DNA of 59,231 nucleotides. Source: Campylobacteraceae bacterium (GTDB taxonomy: Bacteria; Campylobacterota; Campylobacteria; Campylobacterales; Sulfurovaceae). Location of the stretch: positions 1 through 59,231 of the forward strand of contig JALWPZ010000155.1 of assembly GCA_026994745.1 (NCBI GenBank), written 5' to 3'. Of this stretch, positions 34,351-45,345 are shown one piece after another. The notes under the pieces were generated by a model. That model did not search any database and was not told where the DNA came from. It worked only from the letters and a program-made list of their open reading frames with translations. Position 1 is the stretch's first letter; every line of letters starts with the position of its first letter. The position numbers and the translations under genes are program-made.

Positions 34351-34688
34351 TGCCTTCTTCCCGCCAAACGCCTAGCATTGGAGAGAGATCCATTTGCAGA
34401 TTGGATACGGGGAATTCAACCCAGGTTTCTCTATAGAAAGTGCATCCGATGTAGATGGTGTGTTGGCCAATGCAAATTGAACCCTCTGACAGGCAAGAGA
34501 GGTTTCACTCGATGGCGACAAAGGAGCACTCAACCTGTGAAACGGTCGCTTGCGTTTGCGACTGCCAGAGCCACCTTGTAAAACCGGCGGTTTTTCAGGA
34601 AACTCAATTTGAGCGCGAGAGATGTTAGATGCTTTCGATCGATCCCCGGGGATCGAAGAAGTATTCGACGTTCGACCGCATTGGGAGC

Positions 34689-35843
34689 TTACTGTCGCTC
34701 CCCCTTGGCCTCGCCATTTGGGGTCTTTTCCACATCACCGAGATTCCCTTCGGTACAGAGGATCACATCGGTGGTCTGGTCGTGTTTCTGGACGCATTCG
34801 TTGGTAACCTTGAGATAGTTGATCTCCTGGTCCAGGGATTGAAGGATCTGTTTCCGGTATTCGTCATTGAATTTGGCGTAGTCGAAATTCTCCGTTTTGT
34901 CCCCCAGCTCTTCGTCGATCCGGTTGACCGGATCGATGCATGCTTCGGCCTCTTTTCCGTTTTGGGCTTTCTGGATGCACTCCTTGGCACCCTGCAGGGC
35001 TACCAGCAGCTTGGGCAAGAGACGCTTCTGCTTTTTCAGGTAGCGAGCCCCCAGAGTGTTGATGACGGCCTTTTCCTGTTCGGGCGTGAGGGTTTCGTTC
35101 TCTTCGTCGGGACTGATGCCGATGCTCTTCATCTTGGCCTTGAGGTCATGGATCGAAGCGATGTAATCCTCGGTACGGGTTTCCGCCGCCGCGTTGCTGG
35201 TGTACTCCTCGTCTACGGTGATCGGGAAGTCCGGTAGTTTGAACTGATCCTCGGGGATCGGCTGATTCAGAACGACACGGACCGCCTTGCGCTCACTGTG
35301 GAAGCCTGGGCCCTCGACAACGATGCGCAGAGGGATTCCTTTGTAGAGGCAGATCGACTGATCCTTGACCTTCCAGATCTGGCAGGGGAATCCGGCGACG
35401 GTATCGTTGCCATCCTTGACCCCTTTCATCTCCTTGATCAGGTCGATGCTTTCGTTGGAGAGATCCGCCCCCTGGGCGATGGAGAGGTCCAGGTTCCGGT
35501 CCCGGGTCTTGAAGATGGAGCGGTCGTCGTAGTCGACGGTATAGATGGTCCCATTATCCTGGAGGCTCATGGTATGGCGGTCGTGGGTTTCGTTGTAATC
35601 TCCCTTTTGGACCTCCGTGGCATCCTCTTCCTTGAGCTCTCTGGCTCCCCAATGGTCGAAGACCAGCCGTGCGATTCCGCTGGTGTGGGTGCTGAAACCA
35701 TCCGATTGTCCGGTGGTGTTGATATCGTAATAGATGATCCCCGATTTGACCGGATATCGCTTGTATACGCCGGCCGCGGCGAGGGTGAGGCTCATGGCGA
35801 TGGGAAAAATCAGCAGGGATGGGAAGAGTCTTTTTCTATCCAT
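34689..35843 (-). CDS. Secreted hypothetical protein (DUF4412-like N-terminal domain, helical Cys-containing C-terminus)
   Basis: Signal peptide; KSGIIYY, FDHWGARE, DTVAGFPCQIW, YKGIPL. Confidence 0.8.
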   Translation of the reverse strand: MDRKRLFPSLLIFPIAMSLTLAAAGVYKRYPVKSGIIYYDINTTGQSDGFSTHTSGIARLVFDHWGARELKEEDATEVQKGDYNETHDRHTMSLQDNGTIYTVDYDDRSIFKTRDRNLDLSIAQGADLSNESIDLIKEMKGVKDGNDTVAGFPCQIWKVKDQSICLYKGIPLRIVVEGPGFHSERKAVRVVLNQPIPEDQFKLPDFPITVDEEYTSNAAAETRTEDYIASIHDLKAKMKSIGISPDEENETLTPEQEKAVINTLGARYLKKQKRLLPKLLVALQGAKECIQKAQNGKEAEACIDPVNRIDEELGDKTENFDYAKFNDEYRKQILQSLDQEINYLKVTNECVQKHDQTTDVILCTEGNLGDVEKTPNGEAKGERQ

Positions 35844-35872
35844 ATTCGGGTTTCCTAAACAAATTGTTAACG

Positions 35873-35881
35873 ATTATAGCA
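35873..35881 (-). promoter_or_regulatory. Extended -10 promoter
   Basis: TGCTATAAT on the - strand about 30 bp upstream of ATG 35843. Confidence 0.6.
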
Positions 35882-35919
35882 TAATAAATTAACAGAATTA
35901 GAACAAATTCTGGGAATAT

Positions 35920-36192
35920 TCACTCCTGGATCCGAAATAGTTCCCTTTTTACACGGTCGGAATTGAGTTTTTTCCTTACGTTTTCCCAAAGTTCCGAACG
36001 TCGTTTTTCGTCGAGCTTAAGTTTCGTCATCAGGGTATTCCGATTGGGTTTTCCCTCGATCTCGGCGAGCAGGACCTTGTACTCCTTTTTGGTGAGTCGG
36101 CGCCGCAATACCAGGTCGACATCCTCGGGGGTACGGTAGTTTCCCAGCGGCTTTTCTATGATCTTCGACAATTCTTGGATCAGGGTCGACAT
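35920..36192 (-). CDS. Hypothetical protein (possible helix-turn-helix)
   Basis: 90-aa ORF with GAGGAG SD. Confidence 0.75.
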   Translation of the reverse strand: MSTLIQELSKIIEKPLGNYRTPEDVDLVLRRRLTKKEYKVLLAEIEGKPNRNTLMTKLKLDEKRRSELWENVRKKLNSDRVKRELFRIQE

Positions 36193-36262
36193 GGAAAGCT
36201 CCTCGACGATTCATTTTTATCTAATTTCAGGATAATAGCACAGACCGAAGGGAAAGGATAGA

Positions 36263-36697
36263 ATGGGATATCGGGAGTGGCATGAAGCCTTCGCCAGGCG
36301 CCATCGCAGGGTCGTGGAATCCCTCGGGGAACTTTCCGACGAGGAACTCCTCGACGCGTTCGACTACGATCGAATGAAGGAGGAGGAGCCGGACTTCTGC
36401 CTCCTCTATTCCCAAGGGAAAAAGTGTCACGAGATGGAGGGATTGAACTGCTACTTCTGCGGATGCCCCCATTTCCGTTTCAACGACGAGGGGATCGATC
36501 GGGTAGGGGAGAAGATCCGCTACAGCCTTTGCGCCATCGATGCCCGGGATGGGAAGGTGTTCGAGACCGGGGATGCCATCCATCAGGATTGTTCCGATTG
36601 CCTGCTGCCCCACCGGCGGTCCTTCATCCTTCGCCATTTTGATCGAGATTGGTCTCGAGTCATGGCGAAAAATGGGTCAACGCAGGATAATATTTAA
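36263..36697 (+). CDS. Cysteine-rich small (zinc-finger-like) protein
   Basis: KCH...LNCYFCGCPHF...DCSDCLLPH; AAGGA SD. Confidence 0.85.
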   Translation: MGYREWHEAFARRHRRVVESLGELSDEELLDAFDYDRMKEEEPDFCLLYSQGKKCHEMEGLNCYFCGCPHFRFNDEGIDRVGEKIRYSLCAIDARDGKVFETGDAIHQDCSDCLLPHRRSFILRHFDRDWSRVMAKNGSTQDNI

Positions 36698-37626
36698 GAA
36701 TATGATTCCAGGGTATTGAGGGCGTCCCGGTAGATCGGTTCGTCGATGAAACCGTACTCTTCGTCCAGGAACCCGTGAACGTTCCTTTGGCTGGCTTCCT
36801 CGAAACGTTTCACGATCTCCTGTGCATGCTGGATCGCTTCCGGATCGGGGCCGAAGATTTTATTGGCGATCGCTACCTGGGCGGGTCCCATACAGGCTTT
36901 GGATTCGAAGCCCATCTCCTTCTCCCGTAGGCACCATCGCCGAAATCCCTCCAGATCCTTATAGTCCTGATACATAAAGGAGACGGGCTGCAATCCTGCG
37001 GTACGGGCCACCAGGAGAAACTGGACCAGGATTGCCTCGGCGGTCGGGTTGCCGGGTCCCCGGGTCACCAGGCGCTGGGGGAGACCCAGGTCGGCCAGCA
37101 GATCGAGGATTCCCAGATTGGCGACGCGCAATCGGGAATCGATCCCGCCCCAATGTCCCAGATCCCGAAACGCCTCTTTGGTCTCCAGGGAGAGATGGAG
37201 TTGGGTGTCGTCATCCAGGAGACCCAGTGCCGATTCGATCTCATGGGGGCTTCGTACTTTTGGAATGCGAAAGGCATCGGGGCGGAAGGGGAGGAGCGCC
37301 CGGATCTCTTCGGCTCCACCCCGGTGGATGGGATTGGTACGGATCACGATGCGGGAGTCCGCCCGTTTCAGATGGGAGAGGAAGAGGGCGATGTTGATCA
37401 GAGCCTCCTGTTTCCGGGAAGGGGCGATGGCGTCCTCCAGGTTCAGGGTGACTACGTCTGCCTCCAGGGTATCGAGACGATTCAGGTGATCGAGCCGTAG
37501 GGGATTGAGCATCATGTTGGAACGATGGCGGCGATGGGGGCAGGGTGCTTTTTCCCCGCTTCTGATGCTTGCCTTCCGCTCCTGAAGGCTCATACTCTCG
37601 ATCGCCTCAAGCTCTTCGAAGATCAT
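36694..37626 (-). CDS. CitE / HpcH-HpaI aldolase-citrate lyase family protein
   Basis: LNLEDAI, IRTN, IPKV, LET, MGFESKAC, FIDEP. Confidence 0.85.
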   Translation of the reverse strand: MIFEELEAIESMSLQERKASIRSGEKAPCPHRRHRSNMMLNPLRLDHLNRLDTLEADVVTLNLEDAIAPSRKQEALINIALFLSHLKRADSRIVIRTNPIHRGGAEEIRALLPFRPDAFRIPKVRSPHEIESALGLLDDDTQLHLSLETKEAFRDLGHWGGIDSRLRVANLGILDLLADLGLPQRLVTRGPGNPTAEAILVQFLLVARTAGLQPVSFMYQDYKDLEGFRRWCLREKEMGFESKACMGPAQVAIANKIFGPDPEAIQHAQEIVKRFEEASQRNVHGFLDEEYGFIDEPIYRDALNTLESYS

Positions 37627-37829
37627 AATCGTACTCCTCTTTTATCGCTTGGCCATGAATTGATGGACTCGAAGCCCTTTGAAAAATTCCACTTTGATTG
37701 TAGCAGCCCAAATTGGAGATTGTTATGGATTCATGGTGATGGATCTCGTTGTCTCATGATTCGAAATCGAAATCAGCGAGTTGTCGACTGTGCTACAATC
37801 CCCTCAAAAGCTTTGGAAAGGTCTGTCGC

Positions 37830-38654
37830 GTGGACAAGGAAACCTACCTCATATCGAAGATCCATTCGGCCCATATCGGGGATGACGGGGCTCTGATCGG
37901 GAATATGGTCTATACGGCCGACGCTTTTTGCGAGGGGACTCACTTCCTGCGGGAGTGGATGAGTCCCTATCGGATCGGACGCAAGGCGATGCTGGTGAAC
38001 CTCTCCGACGCCGTGGCGATGAACGCCGATCCCCGCTACGCACTGGTGACAATCTCTTTGCCTCGGGAGATGGATCGGGAAGAGATCGACGAGATCGTAC
38101 GGGGTCTGGAGGAGACGGCGACGGAGTATGGTTGCGAGATCATTGGCGGGGATACGGTAGGAGGGAAGAGCCTGCATCTGAGCGTTACTCTGATTTCCCA
38201 TTCGGAGGCACCGCTACTTCGCAGCGGGATTCGGGTAGGGGATCTTCTGGCCTACACCGGAGAACTGGGTGGGAGCCTGAGGGATCTCAGGCGCCTCCAG
38301 GCCGGGGAGAGAGTCGGACAAGACTCCCGCTTTTTCGAACCGGTGCTGCGCGGGGCATTCGTTCGCGAGGCCCGTCCCTGGTTGCGGGCGGGAATGGACA
38401 TCTCCGACGGTCTCTATTGCGATGTCAACAAGCTGCTGGATCGCAATGGTCTCGGGCTGGAACTCTTCCAGTCGGTTTCGGAGGAGATCGGCATGAGCGG
38501 AGAGGAATACGAAATGTTGTTGGTGTTCGAGCCTGGGTACGAAGAACGGATCCGAACGCTAGCCGTAAAAGAGGGTACGGACATCACGGTGATCGGGAGA
38601 GTCGAAGAGAACAGTTTCCGTTTTCCCTGTCGCAGTCACCATTTCGGAGAATAA
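37830..38654 (+). CDS. thiL: Thiamine-monophosphate kinase
   Basis: IGDDGA, EGTHF, VNLSDAVAMNA, IGGDT, MDISDGL; GTG start; TGCTACAAT at 37791-37799. Confidence 0.93.
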   Translation: MDKETYLISKIHSAHIGDDGALIGNMVYTADAFCEGTHFLREWMSPYRIGRKAMLVNLSDAVAMNADPRYALVTISLPREMDREEIDEIVRGLEETATEYGCEIIGGDTVGGKSLHLSVTLISHSEAPLLRSGIRVGDLLAYTGELGGSLRDLRRLQAGERVGQDSRFFEPVLRGAFVREARPWLRAGMDISDGLYCDVNKLLDRNGLGLELFQSVSEEIGMSGEEYEMLLVFEPGYEERIRTLAVKEGTDITVIGRVEENSFRFPCRSHHFGE

Positions 38655-38656
38655 AC

Positions 38657-40534
38657 TCAGAATTTTCGATCCACCGCCACACGATTCCTACCCCGACTCT
38701 TGGCACGATAGAGGAGTCGATCGACCCGATCCACGACCTCCTGGGCGGTATCCTCTTCGTGGAGTTCGGTAACTCCGAAGCTGCAGGAGATCCTCTCTTC
38801 CAGATGGAAATCGTGCTCGGAGATTTCATGACGAAGCCGTTCGATGAGATCGGCGGCTTCGTCGAGTCCGATCCCATCCATGATAATCATGAACTCGTCA
38901 CCGCCCCATCGGGCGAAGAAGTCGCTTCGACGGATGCGGCTACGAACGAAACTGGTCAGCTCCCGAAGGATCTCGTCGCCCCACTGATGGCCGTAACGAT
39001 CGTTGATCTCCTTGAAATAGTCGAGATCGAACATCACCACGACGATCTCCCCATGCTGATAGAAGTTCCGCTCCCGGATCCGATCCTTCAGATAACGTTC
39101 GAAGGCCCGTTTGTTATAGATCCCGGTGAGGTGATCCATGAGCGCCTCGATCTTGAAGTGACGCTTTTCCCTCTCCTCCTCGGTGACATCCCGGAAGGTG
39201 ACGACATAGAGTTCGGAGCGGTTGAAACGATCGATGGAGACTCGAAAGATCCGGTCCTCCTCCAGGCGACGATCGTACATCATCACCCAGTGCTCCTCCT
39301 GGGGATGCCGGGCGAGATAGGAAAGCCAGTCGAGACCCTCCCGCTCTTTTCCCAGGAATCCTTCGGCTTCGATGAAGAGGTTGCAGATGCATTCGAAGCG
39401 GCGGATGAACTCCCGGATCGATGAGGTGCCCGTAAATTCGAAAAAGGAGCTGTTGGCATCGTACAGACGTCTGCCGTTGGTGAGAAGAATTAGGTCTTTT
39501 TGGGAATTCAACAGTGTTCTGGTAAAGATCCGTTCCCGGAAATTCCGATAGAGAATCCCCCCGATCAGAAGGAAGAGTATCGACAGGAAACCGACTTCGA
39601 CCCGGAAGAGGCTATCCGCTTGGGCGATCCGATTTTCACTCTCCATGGAGATGAGGTAACCATAGGGTTTGTCCGCGATATCCCGGATCAGCAAAAAGGT
39701 GACCAGGAGTTCCCGATCGTCGAAACGGGTCGAAATGGTGAAGTCTTTTTCATTTTTCAGCAGAGGTTGCAGTTTATGCTCGTGACTCAGATCCTGGAGT
39801 CTGCGAAGAAAGTCGCCCCGGTAGAGACCATAGGCGCTTTTCTGGAAGAGGAATCCCTCCTGGTCAAGAAAGGGACGGTACTCCGACGACAAAATGCCCG
39901 GATCCAAACTCGACTCCAGGCGCTCTCGTAGGACGATGATCCCGTACTCTCCATGGTAGATCCTGCGAAGCTCCCGCACCAAGGCGCTGTGGTCCCATAC
40001 CCATTCATAGCTGCCGACAAAGCTGCCGTCGTAGAAGAGTGGGTAGATGTAGCGCAATCCGTCGACGAAGCGTCCCGCTTCGAAGCCTTTGAGAAAAAGG
40101 TATTGCTGACTTACGGTACGAATGGAGTAACGCAGTTTCCGAAGATCGTCGGCATATCGTTCGGGATGATTGAAGCGCAAAAAGCTCTTTCCCGAGCGGG
40201 TATGGAGCTGGAATTGGATCAGGCCGAAGAGTGAGGCGTTGTAGTAGGCGGGAGTGAGACGGCTGAGGAGTTCCTCCCGGATCCCCTGGAGATCGCTCTT
40301 ATGTGCCTCCTGGGCCAGATACATCATGCGGGAGAGGTAATCGTTCTGTTCGTTGTAGAAACTCTGGGAGAGTTTGTCGAAGGAGCCTTCCGCAGCCAGG
40401 AGTCTCTGACGGCTCTGGGTCAGATGTTCCTGGTGGATCTGCTGGATCCTCTGTTCCTTTTCGTGGTAGAGAAATCCCACAAGTGCGAAGAAGACGATCG
40501 ACAAGGCGGTGATGAATTTGACAAGTTCCCCCAT
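38657..40534 (-). CDS. Membrane diguanylate cyclase with periplasmic Cache-like sensor domain
   Basis: Two TM helices; DHLTG, FDLDYFKEINDRYGH, RRSD I-site, intact GGDEF. Confidence 0.93.
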   Translation of the reverse strand: MGELVKFITALSIVFFALVGFLYHEKEQRIQQIHQEHLTQSRQRLLAAEGSFDKLSQSFYNEQNDYLSRMMYLAQEAHKSDLQGIREELLSRLTPAYYNASLFGLIQFQLHTRSGKSFLRFNHPERYADDLRKLRYSIRTVSQQYLFLKGFEAGRFVDGLRYIYPLFYDGSFVGSYEWVWDHSALVRELRRIYHGEYGIIVLRERLESSLDPGILSSEYRPFLDQEGFLFQKSAYGLYRGDFLRRLQDLSHEHKLQPLLKNEKDFTISTRFDDRELLVTFLLIRDIADKPYGYLISMESENRIAQADSLFRVEVGFLSILFLLIGGILYRNFRERIFTRTLLNSQKDLILLTNGRRLYDANSSFFEFTGTSSIREFIRRFECICNLFIEAEGFLGKEREGLDWLSYLARHPQEEHWVMMYDRRLEEDRIFRVSIDRFNRSELYVVTFRDVTEEEREKRHFKIEALMDHLTGIYNKRAFERYLKDRIRERNFYQHGEIVVVMFDLDYFKEINDRYGHQWGDEILRELTSFVRSRIRRSDFFARWGGDEFMIIMDGIGLDEAADLIERLRHEISEHDFHLEERISCSFGVTELHEEDTAQEVVDRVDRLLYRAKSRGRNRVAVDRKF

Positions 40535-40645
40535 TTGGTCATTCCCCCCCACTTTGGATATATTGTATCGAGCTTTCTTTGAACCATCCATAAAATTGAG
40601 CTTTGTGTACAATTGGACTGATGGAATGAGTAAAGAGGGGGACCG

Positions 40646-41506
40646 ATGGGATCTTTTCGTAGGGCTTTGTGGATCGTACTGGTGGCGATGATCGGAGATA
40701 TTTCACAAGCGAAAATCTATCGCTTCGGTGCAATCAGTACCGTCAAACCGGAAATTGTCAAAAAGAGATTCCGCCCTCTCCTCGATTATCTGGAGGAGCG
40801 GACGGGGGAGCAATTCATCTTCGATACCGGACGGGATTACGACGATACCATCGAAAAATTCATCGACGGCACCTTTGATCTGGGGTACATCGGCCCCAGT
40901 CCCTATGTGATCGCCCAGAGAAGAGCCCCGGGAAGTCTAAGGATTCTCGCCGGGGTGGAGAGCAATTTCACACCGTTTTTCCGAGCGATGATCGTCAGTC
41001 GAAAGGATGCGCCTTTCGACTCCTTGACGGATCTGGAAGGACAGCGTTTCGCTTTCGGATCCTACCGTTCGACACTCTCCTTTTATCTTCCCTACTACAT
41101 GCTCTACAAGGCGGGAGTGATCGATCGACTGGCGGGATACGAGTTTCTGGGGAGACACGATATCGTGGTCAAGAACGTGATCATGGGCGCGTTCGCCGCC
41201 GGTGGGGTCAAGGGCAGCGTAGCCAAACGATATGGCAGATACCTCAAGACCCTGGCGTTGAGCGAACCCGTTACCGATTTCGCCATCGTGGCCAATCGCA
41301 AGATGGATCCCGACCTGGCGGGAAAGATCCAAAGGGCGCTCCTTGAGCTGCGGGACACAGGGATCCTGCAGTCGATCAAGCCGGATATGACTGGTTTCGG
41401 TCCACGCAAGGACCGTGACTACAATCGACTTCGTGAGATCATGAGGATCGTGGACGAGAAGGTAGGGACCGACGGAGGAGAGGCGGTCCCGAAGAGAAAG
41501 GATTAG
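40646..41506 (+). CDS. PhnD-like phosphate/phosphonate-binding protein
   Basis: [28 protein letters not shown]; signal peptide. Confidence 0.85.
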   Translation: MGSFRRALWIVLVAMIGDISQAKIYRFGAISTVKPEIVKKRFRPLLDYLEERTGEQFIFDTGRDYDDTIEKFIDGTFDLGYIGPSPYVIAQRRAPGSLRILAGVESNFTPFFRAMIVSRKDAPFDSLTDLEGQRFAFGSYRSTLSFYLPYYMLYKAGVIDRLAGYEFLGRHDIVVKNVIMGAFAAGGVKGSVAKRYGRYLKTLALSEPVTDFAIVANRKMDPDLAGKIQRALLELRDTGILQSIKPDMTGFGPRKDRDYNRLREIMRIVDEKVGTDGGEAVPKRKD

Positions 41507-42726
41507 ATACGATCGGGAGACCACTCCCGGACCCCGAAGGTCTCGACCACGTAGTCGATATCCTTGTCCCCTCGGCCCGAGAGGTTGACCAGGATCGCAT
41601 CGTGGGGGTGTTCCTGGGCAAGTTTGAGGGCGAAGGCGATGGCGTGGGAGCTCTCCAGAGCGGGGATGATCCCTTCGTATTGGCTGATGGCGAAGAAGGC
41701 GTCGATGGTCTCTTCGTCGGTGGCGCCATGAACCTGGACCCGACCGATCTCGTGGAGATAGGCCTGTTCGGGGCCGACCCCCGGATAGTCCAGGCCGCTG
41801 GCGATGGAGTGGACGGGCGCGGGTTCACCCTTCTCGTCCTGCAGCAGGATCGACTTGAATCCGTGCAGCACCCCCTCCTTTCCATATTCCAGCGTCGCGG
41901 CATGATCTCCCAGGCGGGTGCTCTTGCCCAGAGGTTCGACGGCATGGAGATTGACGGGATCGTCGATGAAACCGCTAAAGAGTCCCATGGCGTTGGAGCC
42001 TCCTCCGACACAGGCGACCACATGATCGGGAAGTTCGCCGTCGGTCATCTCCATGTACTGCTCCCTGGCCTCGATCCCCACGACGCTCTGGAAGTCCCGG
42101 ACCATCATCGGGAAGGGGTGGGGACCCACGACCGAGCCGATAGCGTAGAGGGCGGTATCGAGCTGGGAGAGGTAGGATTCGAAGGCGGAGTCGACCGCCT
42201 CCTTGAGGGTCTTGAGGCCATGGGTGGCGGGGACCACCTGGGCGCCCAGGATCTTCATACGGATCACGTTGGGGTGCTCCTTGGCGATGTCCACCTCGCC
42301 CATGTGGATCTCGCACTCCAGGCCGAAGTAGGCGGCGGCGGTGGCCAGGGCGACCCCGTGCTGTCCGGCACCGGTCTCGGCGATGAGCTTGGTCTTGCCC
42401 ATGGATTTGGCCAGAAGCGCTTCGGCCATGCAGTGATTGAGTTTGTGGGCCCCGGTATGATTGAGATCCTCCCGTTTGAAGTAGATCTGAGCCCCGCCGG
42501 CCGCTTCGCTGAGACGCTTGGCGTGATAGACGGGGGTAGGGCGTCCCTGGTAGTGGTTGCGGATGCGACGCAGTTCAGAGAGAAATTCATGGGATTTGCG
42601 CAGTTTGAGGTAGGCTTCGGTGATCCGCTGGAATTCATCGACCAGCTGAGGTGGCAGAAAAGCTCCACCATATTGGCCAAAGTACCCCTCCTCGTCGGGT
42701 TGGGTTTTCAGATATTGATGTTTCAT
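41503..42726 (-). CDS. trpB: Tryptophan synthase beta subunit
   Basis: [49 protein letters not shown]. Confidence 0.97.
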   Translation of the reverse strand: MKHQYLKTQPDEEGYFGQYGGAFLPPQLVDEFQRITEAYLKLRKSHEFLSELRRIRNHYQGRPTPVYHAKRLSEAAGGAQIYFKREDLNHTGAHKLNHCMAEALLAKSMGKTKLIAETGAGQHGVALATAAAYFGLECEIHMGEVDIAKEHPNVIRMKILGAQVVPATHGLKTLKEAVDSAFESYLSQLDTALYAIGSVVGPHPFPMMVRDFQSVVGIEAREQYMEMTDGELPDHVVACVGGGSNAMGLFSGFIDDPVNLHAVEPLGKSTRLGDHAATLEYGKEGVLHGFKSILLQDEKGEPAPVHSIASGLDYPGVGPEQAYLHEIGRVQVHGATDEETIDAFFAISQYEGIIPALESSHAIAFALKLAQEHPHDAILVNLSGRGDKDIDYVVETFGVREWSPDRI

Positions 42727-42876
42727 CGGTCCGTCACTCCTTTTCGGCAATTCATTTGGATTCCAAAAGTCTATCGAGAAGTGCTTGAAAGTGGGATTTC
42801 CCGTGGCCGATCGAATTTCATTCATCCTTTTTCGCTAAAATATCCCCCAAAATCATGCCCTGTCAAAGGATCGGCC

Positions 42877-44679
42877 TTGGCCCAAACCGTGCCCCAGTCC
42901 CATATTCGGAACTTCTCCATCATCGCCCACATCGACCACGGCAAATCGACCCTGGCGGATCGAATCATCCAGGAGTGTGGCGCCGTCAGCGACCGTCAGA
43001 TGAGCGCCCAGGTGATGGATACGATGGAGATCGAAAAGGAGCGGGGAATCACCATCAAGGCCCAGTCGGTCCGTCTCGATTACGTCAAGGACGGTGAGCA
43101 CTACATTCTCAATTTGATCGACACTCCGGGCCACGTCGACTTCTCCTACGAGGTGAGCCGTTCTCTGGCCTCCTGCGAAGGGGCTCTGCTGGTGGTCGAT
43201 GCCGCCCAGGGGGTGGAGGCCCAGACCATCGCCAACGTCTACATCGCCATCGAGAACGATCTGGAGCTGATCCCCGTCGTCAACAAGATCGACCTGCCCG
43301 CCGCGGATCCCGACCGGGTTCTTCACGAACTGGAAGAGGCGATCGGCATTGATGCCACGGAGCATGCCCTGGTTTCGGCCAAGACCGGACAGGGGGTCAA
43401 AGAGCTTATTGACATGATCGTCGAAAAGATCCCGGCACCCAGTGGGGATGAGAATGCCCCGGCCAAAGCCCTGATCTACGACAGTTGGTTCGACAATTAC
43501 CTGGGGGCCCTGGCCCTGGTGCGGGTCTTCGAAGGAAAGATCGAAAAAGGGCAGAAGATCCAGATCATGGGTACCGGGGAGGAACATCAGGTTCTGGACC
43601 TGATGTACCCCCATCCCATCAAACCGATCAAAACCTCCGAGTTGTGTACCGGAGAGGTGGGGATCGTCGTCACGGGACTCAAAACCGTCGAGGCGCTCCA
43701 GGTGGGTGACACCGTCACCGATGCCAAACATCCCACTGCCGAGCCGGTTCCCGGTTTCGAGCCCGCCAAACCCTTCGTCTTCGCCGGGATCTATCCCATC
43801 GAAACCGACAAGTTCGAGGATCTGCGCGACGCGCTCAACAAACTCAAGCTCAACGATTCGGCGCTGAGCTTCGAGCCTGAGTCCTCCGCGGCTCTGGGTT
43901 CGGGGTTCCGGGTCGGTTTCCTTGGGATGCTGCACATGGAGGTGGTCAAAGAACGCCTGGAGCGGGAATTCGGTCTGGAACTCATCGCCACCGCCCCCAG
44001 CGTCGTCTACAAGGTCAAGCTGACCAACGGAGAGGAGATCACGATCCAGAACCCCTCCGAGATGCCCGACTCTTCCAAGATCGAGACGATCTACGAACCC
44101 TACGTCAAAGCGACGATCCTCACCCCCAACGAATATGTGGGGAACTTGATCAAACTCCTCAATGACCGCCGGGGGATCCAGGTCAAGATGGATTACCTCA
44201 ATGAGCAACGGGTCCTTATGGAGTATGACATCCCCATGAACGAGATCGTCATGGATTTCTACGATCGGCTCAAGACCGTCACCAAAGGGTACGCCAGTTT
44301 CGACTACGAGCCCATTGGCTTCCGCCCCGGGGATCTAGTCAAACTGGACATCCGGGTCGCCGGAGAGGTGGTCGATGCCCTCTCCATCATCGTTCCCCGG
44401 GAGAAGGCCCGGACTCGCGGTCTGGCTTTCGTCGAAAAGCTCAAGGAGCTGATCCCTCGTCAACTCTTCGAAGTGGCGATCCAGGCCAGTATCGGCAATA
44501 CCGTCATCGCCCGGAGCAATGTCAAATCCATGGGCAAGAACGTCACCGCCAAATGCTACGGCGGCGACATTACCCGGAAACGAAAGCTCCTGGAGAAACA
44601 GAAGGCCGGGAAGAAGCGGATGAAGGCGATCGGCAAGGTCAATGTCCCCCAGGAAGCCTTTATGGCGGTGTTGAAGATC

Positions 44680-44691
<12 letters not shown>
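42877..44691 (+). CDS. lepA: Elongation factor 4
   Basis: [42 protein letters not shown]; TTG start after AAGGA. Confidence 0.98.
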
Positions 44692-44850
<159 letters not shown>

Positions 44851-44880
44851 AAAGCCCCGCTTTTGCCCGGAGCTTCACTG

Positions 44881-45342
44881 ATGTGGTCCTGGATCACCGA
44901 ATGGGCCTTCCATCTGCATTTGCTGATGGCGATTTCGTGGATCGGAGGTTCGGTCTTCATGTTCATTCTGGGGGTGACCCTGCGGGACAAGAAGGCGCAG
45001 CAGTCGGTCTATCCCTATGTCGGGCCGATCTTCGGATGGTTCGAGGTGGCGTCTCTGGTCATTCTACTGAGTACGGGATTCATTCTGGGGATTCGTTTCA
45101 ATCTCTTTCAACTCTTGCTGCATCCCAACGGGACGGAGATCTCCTACGCCCTGATGATGAAAGCGATTCTGGTGGCCATTCTGACGGTGGCGACCATCGT
45201 CCATTTCATCATCGCCTACCAGACCAATGGAAAAGAGCGGACGAAATGGCAGCATTTCTTCTCCCGTAGCTCCTCCATGCTCATTTTCATCCTCAACCTC
45301 TTCGTCATGCATTACGCCATAGTGATGCGCAACATTCTCTAA
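44881..45342 (+). CDS. Four-TM membrane protein (CopD/DUF4149-like, possibly heme-binding)
   Basis: HLLMAISWIGG, LSTG, MMK...H pattern. Confidence 0.75.
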   Translation: MWSWITEWAFHLHLLMAISWIGGSVFMFILGVTLRDKKAQQSVYPYVGPIFGWFEVASLVILLSTGFILGIRFNLFQLLLHPNGTEISYALMMKAILVAILTVATIVHFIIAYQTNGKERTKWQHFFSRSSSMLIFILNLFVMHYAIVMRNIL

Positions 45343-45345
45343 GAG

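Noticed and set aside
33039-37626. Functional link between gltA and the CitE-like gene
   Set aside because: They are separated by unrelated genes on mixed strands, and CitE-family enzymes have diverse substrates.
37627-37790. Short inverted repeats (CCATGAAT/ATTCATGG) in the citE-thiL divergent spacer
   Set aside because: Only 8 bp and widely spaced, with no TPP riboswitch motifs; compatible with chance.
41602-42876. Apparent 1029-aa LepA with a 425-aa N-terminal extension
   Set aside because: The extension is the antisense shadow of trpB; LepA homology starts after an SD and TTG at 42877.
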